Both the position numbers and the translations under genes were made by a program. Positions 40,811 to 52,362 of a stretch of 64,000 nt of DNA are shown here, piece after piece. The notes under the pieces were generated by a model. It was not told where the DNA came from, did no database searches, and saw nothing but the letters and a program-made list of their open reading frames with translations. Origin of the DNA: Anaeromyxobacter sp. Its GTDB lineage: Bacteria; Myxococcota; Myxococcia; Myxococcales; Anaeromyxobacteraceae. Position 1 is the first letter of the stretch; every line of letters begins with the position of its first letter. The stretch is taken from positions 64,001 to 128,000 of the forward strand of contig JASGJN010000013.1 in assembly GCA_049840735.1 (NCBI GenBank). Direction: 5' to 3'.

Positions 40811-42847
40811 TCAGCCTGGCCGACCTTCGGCGCGAGCGGCGGCGCGCACGTCCACGCGGTTGTCGTAGAACGTCGAGCCACCCGCCTGATCCGTGAGCCG
40901 CTGGGACGTGAGCGCGTTCACGTTCCGGTCGCCGGGCGCGTGGGCCAGCCAGGACACGCCCTCCGCCACCGCCACGCCTGCTGGGACTCCGTCTCGCACG
41001 CGCAGGATGAACATGGCCTCGCCCAGCTCGTTCCAGGCCACCACCGCCTGGCCGTCCGCCAGCCCGCGCGCCGCCGCCTCCGAGGGCGCGAGCTGCAGGA
41101 GCATGCCTCCGTTGCGGCTGCGCAGCTCGGGCCGCTCCTGGAAGGAGGAGTTGAGCGTATGCAGCGCCGGCGCGGTCACCAGCCGCAGCGGGAGCGGGCC
41201 GTCCTCGGCGTGCGTGGGGAGGAAGCGCGGCAGCGGCTCGGGCAGGCGCGGGTTCAGGAGCTCGATGCGGCCCGAGGGCGTGTCCCAGCGCGGCAGCGCG
41301 GCCGGCGGCGCGAGCTCCACCGGCTCGCCCCCTGCCAGCGCCGCGCGGTCCACCCCGGCGAACCAGGCCGGGTCGACGTGCGCCAGCACCAGGTCGATCA
41401 CCTCGTCTGTGCCGAGCCGGAAGAGCGGCTCGTCGTAGCCCATGGCCGCCGCCAGCCGCTGGAACACCTGCCAGTTGGGCAGCGCCTCCGCCAGCGGCGG
41501 GATGGCGGCCGGCGCGCGCTGCACCACGTACTGGCCGTAGGAGCGGTAGAGGTCGGCGTGCTCCAGCGAGGTGGTGGCCGGGAGCACCACGTCGGCGTGG
41601 CGCGCGGTGTCGGTCATGAAGCGCTCGTGCACCGCCAGGAACAGGTCCTCGCGCCGCAGCCCGGCCAGCACCGCGTTCTGGTCCGGCGCCACCGCGGCGG
41701 GGTTGGCGCACCAGACGTACATGGCCCGCACCGGCGGATCGCGCAGCGCGGTGAGGGCCCGCCCCAGCTCGTTCATGTTGACGAGGCGCGCCGGGCCGTC
41801 CGGCTGCAGGTCCTCGCGCTTGAGGACCGAGAGGTCGAAGGCGCGCGACGAGGCGGTGGAGTGGAGGCAGCCGCCGCCCGGGCGCCCGAACGCGCCCAGC
41901 GCCGCCACCAGCGACACCATGCAGCGCACCGTCATGGCGCCGTTCCCGTAGCGGGTGGGCCCGCCCCCGATGCGGAAGAACGGCGCCCGGGCGCGGGCCA
42001 GCGTCCGCGCCAGCGCCTCGATGGCCTCCGGCGCGAGCCCCACCCGCGCGCTCACCGCCGCCGGCGCGTACTCCGCCAGCGCCCGCGCGCGCAGCTCCGG
42101 CCAGCCCACCGCCTCGCGCGCCAGGAAGGCCTCGTCCGCCAGCCCCTCGCGCGCCAGCACGTGGACGAGCGCCAGCGCCAGCGCGCCGTCCGAGCCGGGG
42201 CGGACCAGCACCACCTCGTCGGCCAGCGCGGCGGAGTCGTTGGCGTAGGTGTCGATGAGCAGCACGCGCCCGCCGCCGCGGCGCGCGTCCTTGGCGCGCT
42301 GGGCGAAGTGGATGCTGGTCGCGACCGCGTTGATGCCCCACAGCACCACCAGGTCGCTCTCGCGCGCCACCTCCGGGCTGGGCCCGACGGTGCGCCCCAT
42401 CACCGCCTCCCACCCCGCGTCCTGCGCCGGGGTGCAGATGGTCCGGTCCAGCCGGGAGGCGCCCATGCGGTGGAAGAACGGGAAGCCGGAGTGGCGCTGC
42501 ACGATGCCCATCGAGCCGGCGTAGGAGTACGGCAGGATGGCCTCGGGCCCGTCCTCGGCGATGATCTGCCTCCAGCGCGAGGTGATGAGCGCGACGGCCT
42601 CGTCCCAGCCTGCGCGCCGGAACTCGCCGGCGCCCTTGGGGCCGGTGCGGATGAGCGGGTGGGTGAGCCGGTCCGGCGAGTGCACCGTCCGGTCGTAGCC
42701 GTTCATCTTGGGGCAGAGCGTGCCGCGCGAGTACGGGTGCCCGGGGTCCCCGCGCACGCGCGCCGCCCGCCCGTCCTCCACCTCGACCAGGAGCCCGCAG
42801 GCGTCGGGGCAGTCGAAGGGGCACACGGAGCGGGCGAGGGTGGGCAT
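40811..42847 (-). CDS. Molybdopterin (bis-MGD) oxidoreductase catalytic subunit
   Basis: N-terminal CPFDCPDAC...LCPK Fe-S motif, YSYAGSMG, FMTDTARHADVVLPAT and a C-terminal LNSSF binding domain. Confidence 0.9.
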   Translation of the reverse strand: MPTLARSVCPFDCPDACGLLVEVEDGRAARVRGDPGHPYSRGTLCPKMNGYDRTVHSPDRLTHPLIRTGPKGAGEFRRAGWDEAVALITSRWRQIIAEDGPEAILPYSYAGSMGIVQRHSGFPFFHRMGASRLDRTICTPAQDAGWEAVMGRTVGPSPEVARESDLVVLWGINAVATSIHFAQRAKDARRGGGRVLLIDTYANDSAALADEVVLVRPGSDGALALALVHVLAREGLADEAFLAREAVGWPELRARALAEYAPAAVSARVGLAPEAIEALARTLARARAPFFRIGGGPTRYGNGAMTVRCMVSLVAALGAFGRPGGGCLHSTASSRAFDLSVLKREDLQPDGPARLVNMNELGRALTALRDPPVRAMYVWCANPAAVAPDQNAVLAGLRREDLFLAVHERFMTDTARHADVVLPATTSLEHADLYRSYGQYVVQRAPAAIPPLAEALPNWQVFQRLAAAMGYDEPLFRLGTDEVIDLVLAHVDPAWFAGVDRAALAGGEPVELAPPAALPRWDTPSGRIELLNPRLPEPLPRFLPTHAEDGPLPLRLVTAPALHTLNSSFQERPELRSRNGGMLLQLAPSEAAARGLADGQAVVAWNELGEAMFILRVRDGVPAGVAVAEGVSWLAHAPGDRNVNALTSQRLTDQAGGSTFYDNRVDVRAAARAEGRPG

Positions 42848-42962
42848 GGCCGGAACATAATCGAATCCCCGGCCTCGCGCGATCGACCCGGGGCACGGCC
42901 CGCGTGGCCGCTTGAGGGCGCGCCCGGCCGGGCCCATGCTCCGCCCCGACACGGGAGGGCGC

Positions 42963-44201
42963 ATGCCCACGGAGGCGCGGCAGGTCGGCTACATGGGGCG
43001 GCGCGCGGTGGCGCTGTCCGCCGGGCAGGCCTCGCTGGTGGTGGACGAGCTGGGCGGGATGGTGCCGGTGTTCGGGCTACGGCGCGGCGCAGGGCTGCTC
43101 AACGCCCACTGGATCCCGGAGTTCCGCGACACCTCCGGCCAGCCCTGGTCCGAGGCCGCGCACGGCGCCTACTGGAAGGGGAAGCTCCTCCACCACCTCG
43201 CCGGGGACTTCCCCTGCGCGCCCAGCTTCGGTCCGCCCTGCACCGTGGACGGCGTCGAGCACCCGGCGCACGGGTGGACCGCCGAGGAGGCGTGGCGGCT
43301 GGAAGCCGCGGGCGTGGACGAGGCCACCGGCGCCCCCTTCGCCCGCTTCGCGCTGGAGAGCCCGGCCCCGGGCCTCCCGCTCTCGTTCCAGCGCTGCGAT
43401 CTCCTCCTGCCCGGCGCGCCGGCCTACGCCAGCGTGCTCCGCATCCGCAACCGCGGCGCCGCGCCGGTGGCGGTCAACGCAGCCCGGCACAACACCGTCG
43501 GCGCCCCCTTCCTCGCAGCCGGGTGCCGCATCTCGCTCCCCGGCAACCGCTTCATGGCCGCCGGAGACGGGACCGAGTTCGAGGCCACCGGCCGGCTGCT
43601 GGGCGGGGTCGAGTTCGGCGCGCTGGAGGCCGCGCCGCTGCGGGAGGGCGGCCAGGTGGACGCCGGCGCGGTACCCGGCCCCATCGGCTTCACCGACCTG
43701 GTGGCCGGCGCCATCCCGCCCGGCCTGGCGCTGGGCTGGAGCTGCGTCGTGAACCCGGCGCTGCGGCTCGCCTACCTCTGCTTCTTCCCGGGCGTCGCCG
43801 CGCTGCCGCCGGGCGAGCTCGCGCCCACCTTCAACATCCTCTGGATGCAGTACGGCGGCCGCCCCTTCACCCCCTGGGCGCTGCACGAGGGCGGCGGCGA
43901 CCGCACCTTCTGCCTCGGCACGGAGAACGGCGTCTGCGGCTTCGCCAACGGGCTGGCCTGGTGCCGCGCCCACCCCGCGCTGCTCGGCAACGCCACCACC
44001 GCCGAGGTCCCGGCGGGCGGCGAGCGGACCCTGGTCTATGCCACGGCGCTGGTGCCGCTCGAGCCGGCGCTGCTGGCCGAGGGCGTGCGCGGGGTGGAAG
44101 CCGAGGCCGGCGCGCTGGTGCTCCGCGGCGCGCGGGCGTTCCAGCGCGTGGCCGGGGCGGACCTGGCGGTGGCGCGCGCGGTGGCGGCGGTTGGGCGTTG
44201 A
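42963..44201 (+). CDS. Hypothetical protein, possibly aldose-epimerase-like fold
   Basis: GGGAGG RBS. Motifs GDFPCAPSFG, HPAHG, HNT and CLGTE. Confidence 0.65.
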   Translation: MPTEARQVGYMGRRAVALSAGQASLVVDELGGMVPVFGLRRGAGLLNAHWIPEFRDTSGQPWSEAAHGAYWKGKLLHHLAGDFPCAPSFGPPCTVDGVEHPAHGWTAEEAWRLEAAGVDEATGAPFARFALESPAPGLPLSFQRCDLLLPGAPAYASVLRIRNRGAAPVAVNAARHNTVGAPFLAAGCRISLPGNRFMAAGDGTEFEATGRLLGGVEFGALEAAPLREGGQVDAGAVPGPIGFTDLVAGAIPPGLALGWSCVVNPALRLAYLCFFPGVAALPPGELAPTFNILWMQYGGRPFTPWALHEGGGDRTFCLGTENGVCGFANGLAWCRAHPALLGNATTAEVPAGGERTLVYATALVPLEPALLAEGVRGVEAEAGALVLRGARAFQRVAGADLAVARAVAAVGR

Positions 44202-44233
44202 CGCGGCGGCGCCGCTGGCCCACCCTCCGGCGC

Positions 44234-45208
44234 ATGCGAGCCCTCGTCACCGGCGCGGCCGGCTTCCTCGGCCAGGCCCTGGTCCGCCAGCTCCTGGCGC
44301 GCGGCGACGCGGTGCGCGCGCTGGTCCGCCGCGAGAGCCCCGAGCTCGCCGCGCTGGGCGCGGAGGTGGTGCTGGGCGACGCCACCGACCCGGCGGCGCT
44401 GCGGGCCGCGGTGCGCGACCAGGCGCTGGTCTTCCACCTGGCGGGCGTGCGCCGCGCCACCGATCCGGCCGAGTTCCAGCGCGTCAACGCCGAGGGGACG
44501 CGTGCGGCGCTGGAGGCGTGCCTGGCCGCCGCGCCCGGGCTGACGCGCTTCGTGCTGGCCGGGTCGCGGGCGGCGGTGGCGCCCTCGGCCGAGCCGGTGG
44601 ACGAGGACGCGCCGCTGGCGCCGGTGGAGGCCTACGGCGCGTCCAAGGCGGAGGCGGAGCGGATCGCGCTCGGGTACACCGGCCGGCTGCCGGTGGCGGT
44701 GGCCCGGCCGCCGCGCATCATGGGGGCGGGGGATCGCGAGAACCTGCTCTTCTTCAAGATCGCCCGGCGCGGCCTGGCGCTGGCCTTCGGCCGGACGCCG
44801 CGCCCCCTCTCCTGGATCGACGTCGACGACTGCGCGCGCGGCTTCCTGGCCCTGGCCGGACGCCCCGAGGCGCTGGGGCGCCCCTTCTTCCTGGCCTCGG
44901 AGGAGGCGACCAGCGCGGAGGGGCTCATGGAGGAGGCGGGGCGCGCGCTGGGACTCCGCACCCGGCGGGTGGTGATTCCACCCTCGGTGCTGCGCGCCAC
45001 CGCGCGCTGCGCCGACGTGGTGACCGACCTCACCGGCCGCAAGCTCCCCCTCAACCGGAAGCTGGCGGCGCAGGTGCTGGCACCGGGCTGGCGCTGCTCG
45101 CCCGCGCGGGCCCGCGCCGAGCTGGGGTTCGAGGCCACCACGCCGCTGGCCGTCTCGGTCGAGCGGGCCGCGCGCTGGTACCAGGCCCGGGGCTGGCTCC
45201 CGGCCTGA
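44234..45208 (+). CDS. NAD-dependent epimerase/dehydratase (extended SDR), first gene of the elb-like cluster
   Basis: Motifs VTGAAGFLG and YGASK. Preceded by TTGACG-N17-CACCCT-N7-ATG. Confidence 0.88.
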   Translation: MRALVTGAAGFLGQALVRQLLARGDAVRALVRRESPELAALGAEVVLGDATDPAALRAAVRDQALVFHLAGVRRATDPAEFQRVNAEGTRAALEACLAAAPGLTRFVLAGSRAAVAPSAEPVDEDAPLAPVEAYGASKAEAERIALGYTGRLPVAVARPPRIMGAGDRENLLFFKIARRGLALAFGRTPRPLSWIDVDDCARGFLALAGRPEALGRPFFLASEEATSAEGLMEEAGRALGLRTRRVVIPPSVLRATARCADVVTDLTGRKLPLNRKLAAQVLAPGWRCSPARARAELGFEATTPLAVSVERAARWYQARGWLPA

Positions 45209-45289
45209 CCGCGCACCCTGCGGCGACCCGCCTTGGGTACCGCTTGTCCTTGCCAAGGGGGCGGGGGCCGAAATAGACGTGTCACGACC

Positions 45290-45967
45290 ATGCAGGACAG
45301 ACCCAAGGCCGCGTTCTTCGACGTGGATGGCACGCTCGTGCGCACCAACATCGTGCACGCGTTCGCCTATTACGCCATGAACCAGGGGTCGATCCTGGGC
45401 ACCGCCTGGCAGACGGCGCGCACCGTGCTGTCCTTGCCGGTGTTCCTGGCCACGGATTGGTTCGACCGCAAGACCTTCAACGAGCTCTTCTACACCTACT
45501 ACCGGGGGCAGTCCGAGGACCGGCTCCAGGCGCTCTCCGGGGAGCTGTTCGAGGACGTGCTCCGCCCCGCCATCTACCCGGGCACGCCGCGGCTGGTCGA
45601 GGAGGCCCGCCGCGCCGGCTGCCGCATCGTGCTGGTGAGCGGCGCGCTCGACTTCACCATCCGGCACCTGGCCGGGCACCTCGGCGCCGACGACGTCATC
45701 GCCAACCGGATGCGCTTCGTGCACGGCGTGGCCACCGGCCACGTGGTGCCGCCCATCATCGAGGGCGCCCACAAGGCGCTGGTGATCCGCGACTACTGCG
45801 TCCGGAACGGCCTGGCGCTCGAGAAGAGCTTCGCCTACTCGGACTCGTTCTCCGACTACCCCATGCTCGCGGTGGTGGGCCACCCCGCCGCGGTGAACCC
45901 GGACGCGCGCCTCGGCCGCGTCGCCCGCGCCTACGAGTGGCCCATCCTGCGCACGACGGAGGGTTGA
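45290..45967 (+). CDS. HAD-IB family (SerB-like) phosphatase
   Basis: Motifs [12 protein letters not shown] and [12 protein letters not shown]...AVNPD. Confidence 0.9.
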   Translation: MQDRPKAAFFDVDGTLVRTNIVHAFAYYAMNQGSILGTAWQTARTVLSLPVFLATDWFDRKTFNELFYTYYRGQSEDRLQALSGELFEDVLRPAIYPGTPRLVEEARRAGCRIVLVSGALDFTIRHLAGHLGADDVIANRMRFVHGVATGHVVPPIIEGAHKALVIRDYCVRNGLALEKSFAYSDSFSDYPMLAVVGHPAAVNPDARLGRVARAYEWPILRTTEG

Positions 45968-45972
45968 ACCCC

Positions 45973-47587
45973 ATGCGAGAGCCCCGGAGCCTCCAGCGCT
46001 TCTACGAGGCGACCGAGCAGATTGTCACCATCGACCGCGACTCCCCGCCCCGGGTCCTGTTCTCCGGCGAGGACCTGCTGGTCGAGGACCTGCCGGTGGG
46101 CACCAAGGTCATCTACCCCAAGCCGCCCGTGGCGGGCCTGCCCAACGTGAAGGCGGCCATCCGCCAGGCCATCAACCGGCCGCACGGCTGCGACCCGCTC
46201 CACGCCAAGCTGCGGCCGGGCATGAAGGTGACCATCGCCCTGGACGACATCTCGCTCCCGCTGCCGCCCATGCGCACGCCGGACGTCCGCCAGCAGGTGC
46301 TGGAGGTGATCCTGCCGCTGCTGGCCGACTCGGGCGTCGACGACGTCCACCTGGTGATCGCCGTCTGCCTGCACCGCCACATGACCGAGGCGGAGATGCG
46401 GCGCATGGTGGGCGACCGGATCTTCGACGCCTACTACCCGGACCGCTACTACAACCACGACGCCGAGGATCCGGACGGGCTGGTGGTGCTCGGCACCACG
46501 CGCCACGGCGAGAAGGTCATCATCAACCGGCGCGCCGCCGAGTCCGACCTCCTCATCTACGTGAACCTGAACCTCGTCCCCATGGACGGCGGCCACAAGT
46601 CGGTCGGCACCGGGCTCACCAACTACGAGGGCGTGAAGGCCCACCACACGCCGCACCACATCCGCAAGTCCGACTCGTACATGGACCCGGAGCGCTCCGA
46701 GCTGCACCGGTCGGTCGACCGCATCGGCAAGGTCATCGACCAGGAGCTGGACGTCTTCCACATCGAGACGACCATCAACAACCGGATGTTCGACGGCCCG
46801 CTCTCCTTCCTCATGAAGCGCGAGGAGGACTTCACCGAGCTGGACCGGCTGGCGCTGGCCGGCACGCGCACCGCGCTCAAGCACCTGCCCGCGGCGGCCA
46901 AGCGGAAGCTCTTCCAGGCCGTGCCCGCCGCCTACGAGGTGATCGCGGTGGCGGCCGGCAGCACCGAGCCCACCCACGCCGAGATCCTGAAGGCCAGCTG
47001 GAACCAGTACGCGGTGGACGTGGACTTCCAGGCCGACGTGCTGGTCTACGGCGTCCCCTTCGTCTCGCCCTACAACGTCAACTCGAATCCTGAACCCGCT
47101 GCTGGTCCAGGTGATGGCCTGCGGGTACTTCTTCAACTTCTACCGGGGCAAGCCGCTGCTGAAGAAGGGCGGCACGCTGATCCTCACCCACCCCTGCTCG
47201 GACAGCTTCGACCCGGTCCACCACCCCAGCTACATCGAGTTCTTCCACCGGCTGCTGCCCGAGACGCGCGACGCGAAGGTGCTGGAGCAGAAGTACGAGC
47301 GCGAGTTCGCCGAGAACCCGACCTACGTGCACCTGTACCGGACCGGCAACGCGTACCACGGCGCCCACCCGTTCTTCATGTGGTACTGGGGCGAGAACGG
47401 CCGCCAGCACATGGGCCGGATCATCGCGGTGGGCGCGGACAACGCGCACGTGCCGCGGCTCATGGGCTGGGAGGTGGCCGAGACGCTTGCCGAGGCCATC
47501 GACATGGCCCGCTCCACCCACGGGCGCACGGCCGAGATCGCCATGATGCACCACCCGCCCATCGTCATGACCCAGAACCTCGGATGA
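45973..47587 (+). CDS. LarA-N/DUF2088-like protein, with an apparent frameshift at 47085-47089
   Basis: Motifs IALDDIS, CLHR, YNHDAED and DGGHKS. Reading GAATC as GATC joins NVNSILNPLL to the 47111-47587 ORF. Confidence 0.8.
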
Positions 47588-50500
47588 GCGGACACCGCGA
47601 TCATCACGGGCCCACCCCCGCCCGCCCAGGCCGCGCCCCCGGCGCCGGCCCGGCCCCGGCGCTCGACGTGGCGCGCCTGCTGGAGGGGCGGAAGCTCCTC
47701 GTCACCGGGGCCACCGGCTTCGTCGGCAAGGTGGCGCTGTCGCTGCTGCTCCACCGCTACCCGGGCGTGGGGAAGGTCTTCGTGCTGGTCCGCCCCGGCA
47801 CCGGCGGCACCGCCGAGGCCCGCTTCTTCGGGAAGGTGGTGCCCGGGCGCCCCTTCGACCCGCTCCGCGCGCAGCACGGCGACCGGTTCGACGCGTTCAT
47901 GCGGGAGAAGTGCGTCCCGGTGGCCGGCGACGTCTCCGATCCGCTGCTCGGCCTCTCCGAGGCCGACCTGGCGCGGCTGGAGGGGCTGGACCTGGTCGTC
48001 AACTCGGCCGGGCTGGTGGACTTCGATCCCTCGCTGGAGCTGGCGCTGGGCGTGAACGTCCACGGCGCCGCCCACGGCGTCGAGCTCTGCCGCCGCCTGG
48101 GGGCCGGGCTGGTGCACGTCTCCACCTGCTTCGTGGCCGGCAACCGCGACGGCGTGGTCTTCGAGGACGAGCCGGTGGTGGGCTACTTCCCCAGGCGTGA
48201 GGGCGTGGTGGCCGGGCGGGGCAAGGCGCCCGACCTGGCCCACGCCGACTTCGCGGTGGCCACCGAGCTGGCGGACGCCGAGCGGCGCATCGCCGAGGTG
48301 CGCGCGCAGGCCGAGGACCACGTGCAGCAGTCGGCCTTCCGCGAGCGCGCGCTGGAGCGGCTGCGGGCCGAGGGGCGGCCGGTCGAGGACGAGAAGGCGC
48401 TGCGGCTGGCCATGGGACGCGAGAAGCGGCTCTGGCTCTCCGGCAAGCTGGTCGAGGTGGGCATGGTCCGCGCCCGCCACTGGGGCTGGCCCAACACCTA
48501 CACGTACACCAAGTCGCTGGGCGAGCAGGCCATCGCGGCCAGCGACGTGACCTGGGCGCTGGCCCGCCCCTCCATCGTGGAGAGCGCGCTGCGCTTCCCC
48601 TTCCCCGGCTGGAACGAGGGGTTCACCACCAGCGCGCCGCTGGCGTTCATGGGGCTCAAGGGGCACCGCACCTTCCCGGCCGCCGAGAAGGCGGTGCTGG
48701 ACGTGGTGCCGGTGGACCTGATCGCCGCCGGCGTGCTGCTCGGCGCCGCCGACGTGCTGGAGCGGCGCGCGCTGCGCCAGGGCCGGCCGCCCGCCGAGGC
48801 GGACCAGGCGGCGCCGCAGGGCCGCGTGCTGCACCTCGCCTCCGGCGACGTGAACCCGCTCTGGGCGCGGCGCGCGGTGGAGCTGACCGCGCTCTACCGG
48901 CGCCGCTTCTTCCGCGACCGCGAGGAGGGGAACGCCACCTGGAACCGGCTGCTCTCGCGCATCGAGCCGCAGTCGGTCTCCAAGACCCGCTACGAGGCCC
49001 TCTCCAGCCCGGCGCTGGCCGCGCTGGCCCGCGGCGCCAAGCGGCTCATCGAGGAGCAGGGGCCGCGCTGGGGCGCGCCCCGCGTCTCCGCGCTGCTGCA
49101 CGGCCTGGGCAACGAGCTGGACGAGTGGACGCGCCGGTTCGAGCAGACCAAGGCGATGTGGGACCTGTACCTGCCCTTCATCTGGGAGAACAAGTACGTG
49201 TTCCGCTGCGCCTCGGTGCGGGCGCTGCGCGACCGGCTCTCCGCGGAGGACCGGGCCCGGCTGGCCTGGGACCCCGAGGCGCTCGACTGGCGCCAGTACT
49301 GGCTCGAGGTCCACCTGAAGGGCATGGAGGAGTGGGTCTTCCCCGGCCTGGAGGAGGAGGCCGGCCGGCGCGTGCACGCGCCGCGCGCCCACCGCGACCT
49401 GCTCGAGCTGCTCGACGCCGCCTGCGAGGCCTGGAGGGACCGGACCGCGCTGCGCATGGCGGGGGCCGCCAAGGAGCGGTTCACCTACGGTGAACTCCGC
49501 CGCTTCTCGGACCGCGTGGCCGCCCACCTGGCCAGCCGCGGCGTGAAGAAGGGCGACCGCGTCCTGCTGGTCAGCGAGAACCGGCCGGAGTGGGCCGCGG
49601 CCTACTTCGGCATCCTGCGGGCCGGCGCGGCCGCCGTCCCGGTGGACGCCCAGCTCTCCGAGGCCGAGCTGGGCAACCTGTGGCGGACCGCCGGCGCCCG
49701 GCTGGCGCTGCTCTCGGACGAGGTGGCGGAGCGCGTGCCTGGCCTGGCCCCCCTGGCGGCGGCCGCGGTGGCCGGCGCCGAGGTGGTCCGGCTGGCCGAG
49801 GCGCTGGAGGGCGGCCCCGCCGTGCCGGCCGCCCGCATCGGCCCCGACAATCTGGCCTCGCTCATCTTCACCAGCGGCACCACCGGCACGCCCAAGGGCG
49901 TGATGCTCTCGCACCGGAACTTCGCCAGCCTGGTGGCGAAGCTGGTCACCGTCTTCGACCTGGGGCCGGGCGACGGCATGCTCTCGGTGCTGCCGCTCCA
50001 CCACACCTTCGAGTTCACCGCCGGGCTGCTGGTGCCGCTCTCGCGCGGCGCCGAGGTGGAGTACCTGGACGAGCTGACCGCCGACCGGCTGGGCGACGCG
50101 CTCGGCTCCGGCCGCGTCACCGCGCTCATCGGCGTGCCGGCGCTCTGGTCGCTCCTGCACCGCCGCATCACGCAGGAGCTGGCGGCGAAGCCGGGGGTGG
50201 TGGAGCGCGCCTTCGAGGCGCTCATGAAGGGCAACGCCGCCCTCCGCGACTCGCCGCTGGGCTGGAACCTGGGCAAGCTGCTGTTCTGGCCCGTCCACCG
50301 CAAGCTGGGCGGGCGCCTGCGCCTGCTGGTCTCCGGCGGCTCCGCGCTCGACCCCAAGGTGCAGCAGGCCTTCAGCGACCTGGGCTTCGACCTGTACGAG
50401 GGCTACGGGCTCACCGAGGCGGCGCCGGTGCTGGCCGTCTCCAAGCCGGACGGCGACGCGCCGACCGGGAGCGTGGGGCCGGCCCTGCCCGGCGTGGAGC

Positions 50501-52362
50501 TGCGCATCGCCGACCCCGACGCGCACGGCGTGGGCGAGGTGCTGGCGCGCGGCCCCAACGTGATGATGGGCTACTGGCGCGGCGGGGACCGGCCGGGCGT
50601 GGACGAGGCGCTCACCGCCGAGGTCCTGGCCGACGGCTGGCTGCGCACCGGCGATCTCGGCAAGCTGGACGCGGCCGGGAACCTGACGCTGGTCGGCCGC
50701 AAGAAGGACGTGATCATCGACGCGAACGGGAAGAACGTCTACCCGGACGAGGTCGAGGAGCGCTACCGCAAGCCCGGGCTGGTGAAGGAGCTGTGCGTGG
50801 TGGGGCTGCCGGAAGGGACGGCCGAGAAGGTCGCCATGCTGGTGGTGCCCGACTACGGCGAGCGCCCGCGGGCCGAGGTGCGGGCCGAGCTGGAGGGCCA
50901 CCTGCGCGCCGTCTCCGCCGCCCTCCCCTTCCACCAGCGGGTCAAGGTCTGGCACCTGGTGGACGCCGACCTCCCCAAGACCGCCACCCGCAAGATCAAG
51001 CGGGCGCCGGTCCGCGACGAGCTCCTGCGGCTCGAGGAGGCCAGCGCGCGCGGGCGCCGCGTGCGCGAGGGCGGGCGCGAGGCCCGGTCCGGCGACGGCT
51101 GGCTGCTGGAGCTCCTGGCCGAGGTCACGCGCCGGCCCCGGGCCGACGTGACCCGCGAGGCCCGGCTGCAGGCCGACCTCGGCATCGACTCGCTGATGCT
51201 CACCGAGCTGACCGCCGCGCTGGAGGAGGCCGGCGTGCCGCCCGCGGCCGCCGACCAGCTCCACGCCGTGCAGACGGTGGAGGAGCTCTTGCGGCTGGTC
51301 TCCGGCGCGGTGCACCGGGCCGAGGCGCGCCCCGCCGCCGCCCGCCGGCACGCCGAGCCGGCCGAGGAGGAGATCCCTGTTCCGGCGCCGCTGGCCCAGC
51401 TGGGCCGGCGGCTGCTGGCGCTCGGGCAGCGCACGCTCTACGAGGAGCTGTACCGGACGCAGGTGGTCGGCGCGGCCCACGTGCCGCACGGCCGGAACGT
51501 CCTGGTGGTCGCCAACCACGCCAGCCACCTGGACATGGGGCTGGTGAAGGTGGCGCTGGCCGAGGAGGGCGAGAAGCTCGCCGCCCTGGCCGCGCGCGAC
51601 TACTTCTTCGACACGCCGCTCAAGCGCGCCTACTTCGAGAACTTCACCAACCTCATCCCCATGGACCGCGAGGGCTCGCTGAAGACCAGCCTCCGCGCGG
51701 CCACCGAGGCGCTGCGGCGCGGGTATCACCTGCTCATCTTCCCGGAGGGCACCCGCTCCCGGACCGGCGAGCTGGGCGCGTTCTTCCCCACCGCCGGCTA
51801 CCTGGCGCTCCACTCCGGCGTGGACGTGCTGCCCGTCCACCTGGCCGGCACCTTCGAGGCCCTGCCGCCCGGCAGCGCCCTCCCCCGGCGCGCCGAGCTC
51901 GAGGTCCGGTTCGGCCCCGTGATCCCGGTGGCGGCGCTGGAGCAGCGCACCGCCGGCCTGCCGCGCAGCGAGGCCTACCGCGCCGCCACGCAGGTGATGG
52001 AGGAGGCGGTGCGCGCGCTGCGGGACGAGGCGCTGGCCGTCCGCGCCGGGGGCTCGCCGGCCGCCGGCGGTCACCCGGCGGCGACGTCCGCCGCGCCGGC
52101 GGGCCCGGCCGGCGGCGACGGCAGCCCCGGCGGCGCTTCCCCCGCGGCAGGGCGCCCGGTTCCCGCGCCGGCGCACGCCACGCCGTCCGCTTCGCCAGCC
52201 GCCGCGCCGTCCGCTACGCCAGCCGCCGCGCCAGCCGCCGGCGCTGCGCCGGCGCACGCCACCATCGACGCCCCGCCGGGCGCTCCGTCCGCCGGCCATG
52301 CCGGCGCGGGCGCCGCCGGGAGCGGGGAGGCGCCGCGCGGCGCCCGGAGGGAGGACAGGTGA
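47584..52362 (+). CDS. elbD: Multifunctional ElbD-like lipid enzyme: fatty acyl reductase, acyl-CoA ligase/adenylation, carrier (PP-binding) and acyltransferase domains
   Basis: FAR motifs TGATGFVGK and NTYTYTK; AMP-binding motifs [17 protein letters not shown] and LRTGDLG; DLGIDSL carrier serine; PlsC motifs NHASHLD and FPEGTRS. Domain order matches Myxococcus ElbD. Confidence 0.88.
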   Translation: MSGHRDHHGPTPARPGRAPGAGPAPALDVARLLEGRKLLVTGATGFVGKVALSLLLHRYPGVGKVFVLVRPGTGGTAEARFFGKVVPGRPFDPLRAQHGDRFDAFMREKCVPVAGDVSDPLLGLSEADLARLEGLDLVVNSAGLVDFDPSLELALGVNVHGAAHGVELCRRLGAGLVHVSTCFVAGNRDGVVFEDEPVVGYFPRREGVVAGRGKAPDLAHADFAVATELADAERRIAEVRAQAEDHVQQSAFRERALERLRAEGRPVEDEKALRLAMGREKRLWLSGKLVEVGMVRARHWGWPNTYTYTKSLGEQAIAASDVTWALARPSIVESALRFPFPGWNEGFTTSAPLAFMGLKGHRTFPAAEKAVLDVVPVDLIAAGVLLGAADVLERRALRQGRPPAEADQAAPQGRVLHLASGDVNPLWARRAVELTALYRRRFFRDREEGNATWNRLLSRIEPQSVSKTRYEALSSPALAALARGAKRLIEEQGPRWGAPRVSALLHGLGNELDEWTRRFEQTKAMWDLYLPFIWENKYVFRCASVRALRDRLSAEDRARLAWDPEALDWRQYWLEVHLKGMEEWVFPGLEEEAGRRVHAPRAHRDLLELLDAACEAWRDRTALRMAGAAKERFTYGELRRFSDRVAAHLASRGVKKGDRVLLVSENRPEWAAAYFGILRAGAAAVPVDAQLSEAELGNLWRTAGARLALLSDEVAERVPGLAPLAAAAVAGAEVVRLAEALEGGPAVPAARIGPDNLASLIFTSGTTGTPKGVMLSHRNFASLVAKLVTVFDLGPGDGMLSVLPLHHTFEFTAGLLVPLSRGAEVEYLDELTADRLGDALGSGRVTALIGVPALWSLLHRRITQELAAKPGVVERAFEALMKGNAALRDSPLGWNLGKLLFWPVHRKLGGRLRLLVSGGSALDPKVQQAFSDLGFDLYEGYGLTEAAPVLAVSKPDGDAPTGSVGPALPGVELRIADPDAHGVGEVLARGPNVMMGYWRGGDRPGVDEALTAEVLADGWLRTGDLGKLDAAGNLTLVGRKKDVIIDANGKNVYPDEVEERYRKPGLVKELCVVGLPEGTAEKVAMLVVPDYGERPRAEVRAELEGHLRAVSAALPFHQRVKVWHLVDADLPKTATRKIKRAPVRDELLRLEEASARGRRVREGGREARSGDGWLLELLAEVTRRPRADVTREARLQADLGIDSLMLTELTAALEEAGVPPAAADQLHAVQTVEELLRLVSGAVHRAEARPAAARRHAEPAEEEIPVPAPLAQLGRRLLALGQRTLYEELYRTQVVGAAHVPHGRNVLVVANHASHLDMGLVKVALAEEGEKLAALAARDYFFDTPLKRAYFENFTNLIPMDREGSLKTSLRAATEALRRGYHLLIFPEGTRSRTGELGAFFPTAGYLALHSGVDVLPVHLAGTFEALPPGSALPRRAELEVRFGPVIPVAALEQRTAGLPRSEAYRAATQVMEEAVRALRDEALAVRAGGSPAAGGHPAATSAAPAGPAGGDGSPGGASPAAGRPVPAPAHATPSASPAAAPSATPAAAPAAGAAPAHATIDAPPGAPSAGHAGAGAAGSGEAPRGARREDR

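Noticed and set aside
45457..52362. 2301-aa ORF in the ORF track
   Set aside because: It is a chimera of an off-frame stretch, the LarA-like N-part (joined by the 47085 indel) and ElbD, which starts at ATG 47584.
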